In this document: positions 57,005 through 64,000 of the stretch, piece after piece | Numbering within the stretch: position 1 is the first letter of the stretch | Layout of the letters: the number at the start of each line of letters is the position of its first letter | Origin: Perkinsus chesapeaki ATCC PRA-425 | Lineage: Eukaryota > Protista > Perkinsozoa | Length of the DNA: 64,000 nucleotides | Direction: 5' to 3' | NCBI GenBank assembly: GCA_013115145.1 | Contig: JAAPAO010000018.1 | Span: 74,214-138,213, forward strand | The notes under the pieces: generated by a model | What the model was told of the DNA's origin: nothing | What the model saw: only the letters and a program-made list of their open reading frames with translations | The model's database searches: none | Position numbers and translations under genes: made by a program

Positions 57005-59345
57005 TTAATCAACCTCTTCCATCTTAGAGGCCTCATCAGCAGCCTGAGCATCGACTTCCTCAAGAGGAGGTAGATCCTCATCATCAGACTCAGCATCCTC
57101 CTCATCATCATCGATGGAAAGACCAAGCTTAATCATACGATGGATACGGTTGGCGAACTGAGTGGGGTCGTCGAGACTGAAGCCAGAGGTAAGAAGGGAA
57201 GTATCGAAGAGTAACCAGATAAGGTCCTTAACGGTCTTATCAGACTTGTCAGCGGCGGCCTTCTTCTTAAGCTCAGTCATGATAGGGTTCTTGGGGTTGA
57301 TCTCCATAGTCTTCTTAGACACCATGTAGCTGGTCATAGAGCTATCCCGAAGAGCCTGGGCCTTCATGATACGCTCCATATTAGCGGTCCAACCGTACTC
57401 GGAGGTGGTCAACACGCAAGGAGACTCGGACACGCGTTGGGAGACAACAACCTTCTCAACCTTATCACCAAGGACCTCTTTGACGAGTTTGCAGAGAGGC
57501 TCGAAGTCAGCCTTCTCCTCCTCAAAGGCCTTCTTCTCCTCGTCGGACTCGTTGAGATCGAGATCACCCTCCTTAGTGATGGACTTCAGCTTGTGGCCGT
57601 TGAACTCACGAAGCTGCTGGACGGCGTACTCATCAATGGGATCGACCAAGTAAAGGACCTCGTAGCCCTTCTTGCGGAGAGTCTCAATGAAGGGACTGGA
57701 AGAAACGGCGGCGATGCTCTCACCGGTGATGTAGTAGATATCCTTCTGACCCTCCTTCATGCGGTCAATGTACTCCTGGAAGGAGACCATGTCCTCACCG
57801 GACTTGGAAGACTTCCACCTCAACAGCTCGGCGATCTTATCACGGTTGGTGCTGTCCTCGTGGATACCCAACTTGAGGTTCTTGGAGAACTGCTCGTAGA
57901 AGATCTTGTAATCATCAGGCTTCTCGTTGGCCATCTCCTCGAACAACTGCAAGCACTTCTTGACCAAGTTCTTCCTGATGACGCGGAGGATCTTGTTCTG
58001 CTGCAAAGTCTCACGAGAGATGTTCAAAGGAAGATCCTCGGAATCGACAACACCCTTGATGAAGGACAACCACTCGGGCATGAGCTCCTCGCAGTCATCA
58101 GTGATGAAAACACGACGGACGTACAGCTTGATGTTGTTGCGCTTCTTGGTGTTCTCGAACAAGTCGAAAGGAGCACGACGAGGAACGAAGAGAAGAGCCT
58201 TGAACTCGAGCTGGCCCTCAACGGCGAAGTGCTTGACAGCAAGATGATCCTCCCAATCGTTAGTCAAGGACTTGTAGAAGGCAGCGTACTCGTCGTTGGT
58301 GACATCCTCGGGCTTGCGCATCCAGATAGGCTTGGTCTTGTTCAACTGCTCCCAGTCGTGGGTGACCTCCTTAACCTTCTTGGTCTTCTTCTTCTTGTCA
58401 CCTTCCTCCTCGCCTTCCTTCTTATCCTCGTCCTCCTCAACCTCCTCAACCTTAGGCTCATCAGACTCTTCCTCCTTCTTGTCCTCGTCCTTCTTCTCCT
58501 TGTCTTCCTCCTCATCCTCAGAGTCGGTCACCTCCTTCTCAGTGGATTTCTCGACGTAAAGCTCGATGGGGAAGCCGATGAACTGAGAGTGCTTCTTGAC
58601 AAGGTCCTTCAGGCGGCGCTCCTCGAGGAACTCGGTCTGGTCCTCCTTGAGATAAAGGATAACCTTGGTACCGCGCTTGATGTGGCCATCGGCGAACTCA
58701 GTATCCTTGGCGACAGTGAAGGAACCGCCGGCCGAGGACTCCCAGATGTACTGGTCGTCATCGTTAGACTTGGAAACAACACGAACTCTATCGGCGACGA
58801 GGTAGGCGGAGTAGAAACCGACACCGAACTGACCGATCATAGAGATATCACCACCGGCTTGGATGGCCTCCATGAAGGCCTTGGTGCCGGACTTGGCAAT
58901 TGTACCCAAGTTGTTGATCATCTCGTTCTTGGTGAGACCGATACCGGTATCCTCAACGGTTAGAGTGCCGTTGGCCTTATCGGGGATGATCTTAATTTTG
59001 AACTCGGGCTCCTAAAAGCAACGCACATGGCAGGACTACAACTAAACGGTGCCGCTTTCCTACGTTCTCGATCTTCTCGGGATCGGTGATCGACTCGAAT
59101 CGGATCTTATCCAAGGCATCGGAGGCATTGGAGATAAGCTCACGAAGGAAGACTTCCTTGTTGCCTGAAGAGAACAACAGTAACAACTGATATAAGAGGA
59201 AGTTCAAGTAGCCCCTCGGGGGGCTTCGATAAGATGGGGATGAGCAAGAGCCAATCGATTAACAATACTTACTGTAGAAGGTGTTGATGATGAGACTCAT
59301 CAACTGCTGAATATCAGCATTGAAGGCAAAAGTTTCTGTCGACAT
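57005..59345 (-). CDS. HSP90: Cytosolic heat shock protein 90 (3 exons)
   Basis: Exons 59345-59273, 59164-59084 and 59011-57005: [25 protein letters not shown]|[21 protein letters not shown]...[10 protein letters not shown]...GQFGVGFYS...MEEVD. Confidence 0.99.
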
Positions 59346-60200
59346 CTGCCAGGCTATGGGCAATACTAGGGACTGAAATTACTGAAATTAAAATGGATAG
59401 TGAAGAAACTTCCCGCGAGCCGATTCGCTGTAGCCTTGTGCAAGTTGTCTAGGGCGAGCGAGATTTACAACAAGCACACGACCACTAGAGATCAAGATAC
59501 TTTTGCCATAAAGATATCGATTAGGTCCCTTAGCTGACCGTTTCCGGATACCCATATCCTTCAGAGTGCGATGATTCGTCGCACTATGAAGATTTCTGCA
59601 TCGTTACCCTTCAGTTAGGGGTTGATCTTATCAATTTACTCGCCCCCTGATGAACTAACGTCCCGTCTCCTTCCATGAGTTATGCAACTTTATCCTGTTC
59701 GACGACACTCCAACGGTTTCAGATGAGTTTCATATCTTCCCATGTCTGAGCCTATCCCCGCCGGCTCATTGCCCAATCTATCGGACCTTTGGGGCTCACC
59801 ACCGGTCCATGAGGAGGAGATTAAGCACGAGGGAATTGAAGAAGGGAAAGAGAAACCTCTCGTTGAGCTCGGGTCATTGAATTCCCTCGTTGCCGATTGG
59901 AATAACGATAATGAACCTATGTTCCACTTCGGCAAAATGAAAGATACCAAAGAGGTTAAGTTACCCAGTCCACGATAAGAGCAGGAGGCCCAGCCGACTG
60001 TCTTTCGAAGTAGCTCTCTTGCATGCAAGTACGATAAGACCTCCTTGAGTGGCCCTAGTAGGAAGGGCCTCAACTAGCCAACTTGAGGAAAGGTTATGGG
60101 AGACAATAGATGTGTCAATGTTCAACACAGGCGTGAGGCGCCCCTGCTATCGACTCTTCTCCATTGAACGCGTAGCCTTCAGAGTACGATGCGTCCCCGG

Positions 60201-60265
60201 CGTAACATTATCGGTCGTTACCGACGTAACATTATCGGTCGTTACCGACGTAACATTATCAGTCG
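60201..60265. repeat. 24-bp tandem repeat, 2.7 copies, with internal dyads
   Basis: CGTAACATTATCGGTCGTTACCGA x2 plus a 17-bp partial copy. Confidence 0.9.
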
Positions 60266-61850
60266 CCTACTGTAATCTTCTTCACTTACTCTTTCCGATG
60301 TTACTTACCCAAAGCGACTTGCAAAGATCTTCTGCGGGCGGTATGATACAGCGGTAGACTTCACAATTTTGTAAACAGAAGGGCGCGAGTTCGGTTCTTA
60401 GGGTATATGTAGCTAACCATTCTTGCTCTTCACGTGTTATCCAAATATCTCGGATGCCTCCCCTACTTCGATTACGACCTCTACTAAGTTATTACAGTGA
60501 CCTTAAGTGTCGTGACAACGTGACAAAGCAGGGTTAGGATTATTTGGTAAGGTTCAAACAAGCATTGTGATATATAAGAGCTCTGTAGGCGTGTAGCTTC
60601 TCGGGCATAACACAACATTCCGCAATCTGCACACTGCTGCGGCAACATGTTTTTGGTGGCAACGAACGATTGGGTGCGTGAAGTGCATACGTTGCCATGC
60701 AATTTATGTGAAGCGTGAAAACTCTGTTTCGGGCTGTGGTCAATATTACGCAAGTATCGGCAGCTTTGTGCGTTCAGCACAATGTTTGACCCGGACTGAA
60801 AATGGTGCTGGCGTCAGCTGTTCAAGCGGTTGTCGACTTGGGCTTAGTAACTTGGTCGAATAACAACACCCATCGGCAGAAACGATGCCACGACATCAAT
60901 GGCTGCTATATCGTACTTGTTCGTGCACAGATGTGATCGGGCAGGGTCCGCCGCTTTCGTGAAGTGATTCTATTTTTCCACTTTGAAGGATGTCTTGAAG
61001 GGTAACCGGCTCAGTTGACTGAAAGTCTGGTCGTAGTAATATTGCAGTTTGCAACGCGGTCGGACTCCCCAGTAGAGTCCTGCTGGGTTGAACGCAATAG
61101 AGAAATTGCTGGAATGCTTACCATGCCCTGCACAGCGCACAATTATTGATAGAACATGGCGCCAAGTACTGTGCGGCTCATCATGAGGACACTTCGTGTT
61201 CTCACACTTACCAGCGAAGTGTGCACGACCTCTAATAAGTATGCTCTTCCGTCACGGTAGGTCCGTGGAGTAGCTATACCACTGCAAACTTTCCAGCTAC
61301 AAACTGTCTGAGAAGCTCTCAAATGCAGATAGATTGAACCCCTGAAATCCTCTTTTGTATGATGCACGCCTCTCGATAGTTCATACAAACAAAGGAAGAT
61401 TATCACCAAATTTAACGGAGCGCAGCACGTATAAAGCTCCTATTGCACACTGCGGGCCCCACAGTGTGAGATATGGTAATTGAGTGAAGCAACTCGGGAG
61501 ACAGCGTCACCTGTCACGCCCGAGACACGACCGTTTCGGTGTCACATTTGGGGTGACGCTCCACCCTTGGTGGAAGCATAACGGTTGCTTGGGGAACGTC
61601 TTAGTGTAGGCAGTCAGTGTCAATGTTCCAGTACTATTCTCATTAGAGGGTAACGATAGGCGTCTATTTGACGATCAATCGAAATTGGGGATGCTACTTA
61701 GTTGTCATGTCTAAACATATAAATGCTATTATGTCGATTGAGGATGGTTCCTCACCAGGGTTTATTGCTTATCTTGGTACATATGAAATATTAAACATAT
61801 CAAATATAAAGCCACGAAGGTGCACTTATAACAGGCATTATATCACAAAG

Positions 61851-62393
61851 ATGATCATACATGGGCTAATCCTATCGGTTATGCTTGCAGCTCCACTAAT
61901 GTCTGTTTGGTTACCATATTACAGTGCTCGAGTGCAAGCTGATAGCGTGAGAATTCATGTGGAAAGTTTAGAGATTCTCTACCCTTTGGATTGCTCTATT
62001 ATTCTTATGGACAGCTTCACCAAGCGATGCGTCAGGGGGACAGCAAGATTGCATGTTTCCTCAAGTGGATCGCAGCGTTCAGCATTCCGCCAACTCAGGC
62101 TGCATACTTATACTAGGGAAATGCCGATATATCCTACCCAAATAATGTTGGGTGACTTCGATGTCAATTCCCCTCATGACTCTGAGTTCGTCGTGGTGCC
62201 TTTTTATATTTTCTTGGATGATGCATTCACGTACGAAGGGCTCTGCACTTATCGATCCAAGTACCCTCTAACCGTGGAACTCGATCCTCCCACGGTTTGG
62301 ATATCTGGTATGGAGTATGAGGTGCCTCCACATGAACCACAAACACTATACAATTACACGGCATGCTCTCGTTCATACACCAGGATGTCTTAG
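61851..62393 (+). CDS. Intronless secreted or signal-anchored protein, about 180 aa (possibly LEA_2-like beta fold)
   Basis: ATG at 61851 within ORF 61668..62393; hydrophobic MIIHGLILSVMLAAPLMSVWL followed by beta-strand-rich sequence. Confidence 0.6.
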   Translation: MIIHGLILSVMLAAPLMSVWLPYYSARVQADSVRIHVESLEILYPLDCSIILMDSFTKRCVRGTARLHVSSSGSQRSAFRQLRLHTYTREMPIYPTQIMLGDFDVNSPHDSEFVVVPFYIFLDDAFTYEGLCTYRSKYPLTVELDPPTVWISGMEYEVPPHEPQTLYNYTACSRSYTRMS

Positions 62394-64000
62394 ACTCTCT
62401 CATGAAAGACAGATCCTCCCTTGCCTGGCTTCTGGCATCCTCCCCTCTCTTAAAGAGGATTTCGATGCGATAATGATGGTATACTCATAGCTTCCTTATG
62501 ATCTTAACAGGAGCAAAAGCCTCCTGTCTCTGAGCTTCATAATCGATGGTACCTTCGGGAGGTACCTTCCAGGCCTTGTTTATTTAACAATTGTTATGTT
62601 GAGTTATCGGGAGGGCACTCAAGTCTAGAAGATAGTAGATAATACCGCTTTTATCGGTTTTTTAGGAAACTTTCCTACCGCTATGCTACATCGACAACCA
62701 AACTACAAAGCTTCTCACCAGGGTTATTAGGGGCTTTTTTATTCTCGATCAGCATCGCTATGACTATAGCGTAGCTTAGCTACCGTCTATGCCTTTGACT
62801 TCCGCGAAATCTATTTCGCCGGATAAGGCCGCCAATTTCGCGAATAGGGATCACAATTTCACGGATGAGGAAATCAATTACAAACCAACACAACACAACT
62901 TCACAAAAAACATCAAAAACCTTTCATCAAAAGCTCCTTAACTTCGTGATATGTATTGAGCAAGTTTCGCTCACCACTGAGAACTAAATATCTCTCCGTT
63001 GGAGATCAAGTACTTCTTTCGATCTCAGAAGGCCAAAAGTGGCAGTCAGGCAAGCTACTACGTACATATGTCTCAGTTTTTGAAATAGTACAGACGCTCG
63101 ATACAGTCTCATGACTAAGTCACGTACAGCTTCAATCATTATAGCGAGCTTGAGTGGACCGAGCTAGTGCTAGTGTTTCTTGAACTAGCGACCTACATGA
63201 AGACGTTTGACAGTCAAATGAGTCTCATTTGTCAAGCTTTGACTGTATACCAGTTGTTGACGGGGTGAACTGCGACGAAACACGATCGAGACTAACGAAA
63301 ACAAGAACCAGATTAGGCTCGACTATAAAGGAAGCTTAGCGCAAGAGTAGCTAACATTCAACAGTTGATCGATTGACTCATCTATATTTGCACGGAAGTC
63401 TTCAGTCGAAGAGCACGCCGGGCCTTCTTGGCTCTGGGCACTGCCACAGTGGCAGTGCCACTCGTGCCTATCCAACGGCAGCTTTGAGCACTGAAAAACA
63501 ATAGAAACATGGGATGGGATTTAATGTTTAATTTGTCTAATAAACAACATAGCTAAGAACCGGCATGTCTCATTCCGTTACCGGGGATCTTGCACGCTTA
63601 CTCTACAACGAACCCCGGGCTCAAGTACTCATTGATATGGTTTCAGTCCTCTCAAGTTGAGGCAGCTAGAGGCTGAGTGGGCTGGAACGTGACAGCAGAA
63701 GATCTTGGGCCACATGGTCACGGGGCAGCGTGCTACCTTTTGAGCGATGGCGGAAATAGCTGGGGACCGGCTCAGTACCCATCTCTTCACGGGGGATCTT
63801 TACCGCTTATCATATAAAGACGTTGAGGCCTGCAGTTGAGTCTTCGTTGACATGGCTTCAGCCGCACGCTAATCTTCGGCCGCGGCCCACGGGCCGTAGG
63901 CCACGGGCCAGCATGCCACTTTCTTAGCGATACTTAGAATAGCCAAGGACCACCTTAGTATGCACTCAGTTCCTAAGGATCTTCTCCTATCGCATATTCT

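Noticed and set aside
57437-58963. 508-aa antisense ORF opposite HSP90
   Set aside because: It is codon-registered with HSP90, so it only reflects absence of TTA/CTA/TCA codons in a strongly biased, highly expressed gene; the translation is Leu-rich and has no motif.
59400-59420. Heat-shock element upstream of HSP90 (GAAacTTC)
   Set aside because: Only two nGAAn units are present, and the true TSS is unknown in a probably trans-spliced gene.
59690-61409. Short ORFs between HSP90 and the last secreted gene
   Set aside because: Short ORFs occur on both strands, with no consistent splice chain or domain that I could support.
1-64000. tRNA, rRNA, snRNA or intact SL RNA genes
   Set aside because: GGTTCGA-like hits (e.g. 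36829, 38590) fall in introns or exons without cloverleaf context; no exact SL exon followed by a GT donor, and no U1/U2/U6 start sequences, were noticed.

Overview
Eukaryotic, gene-dense DNA with many short (about 40-120 nt) spliceosomal introns. The HSP90 sequence, intron style and gene content point to an alveolate, probably Perkinsus or a relative (inference; no database search was possible). From left to right: the Gly/Lys-rich 3' exon of a gene cut by the window edge; a secreted-protein gene; an 11-unit 39-bp hairpin minisatellite; a coiled-coil gene; an intron-rich Mutator (MULE) DDE transposase with a SWIM finger; a displaced copy of the Gly/Lys exon; an NHL-repeat gene; a sirtuin; a METTL13/EEF1AKMT4-like methyltransferase; a second secreted-protein gene; a young 5.5-kb Ty3/Gypsy LTR retrotransposon (153-bp LTRs with 1 mismatch, CGTA target-site duplication, candidate -1 frameshift signal, broken pol); a Q/P-rich acylated protein; NIP7; an amino-acid transporter. 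A ~27-kb run of minus-strand genes follows: a triple methyltransferase-like protein, SLX4-like, a histidine phosphatase, AP-3 sigma, two unknowns, two tandem USP48-like deubiquitinases, a CAMK-type kinase and HSP90. The most unusual signal is a GC-rich motif, ATTTCGTGGCGCGC(GGTC), that recurs in either orientation inside several very short introns of unrelated genes. No tRNA, rRNA or true CRISPR array was seen. Exon boundaries were inferred by eye, and the ends of the unidentified genes are approximate.
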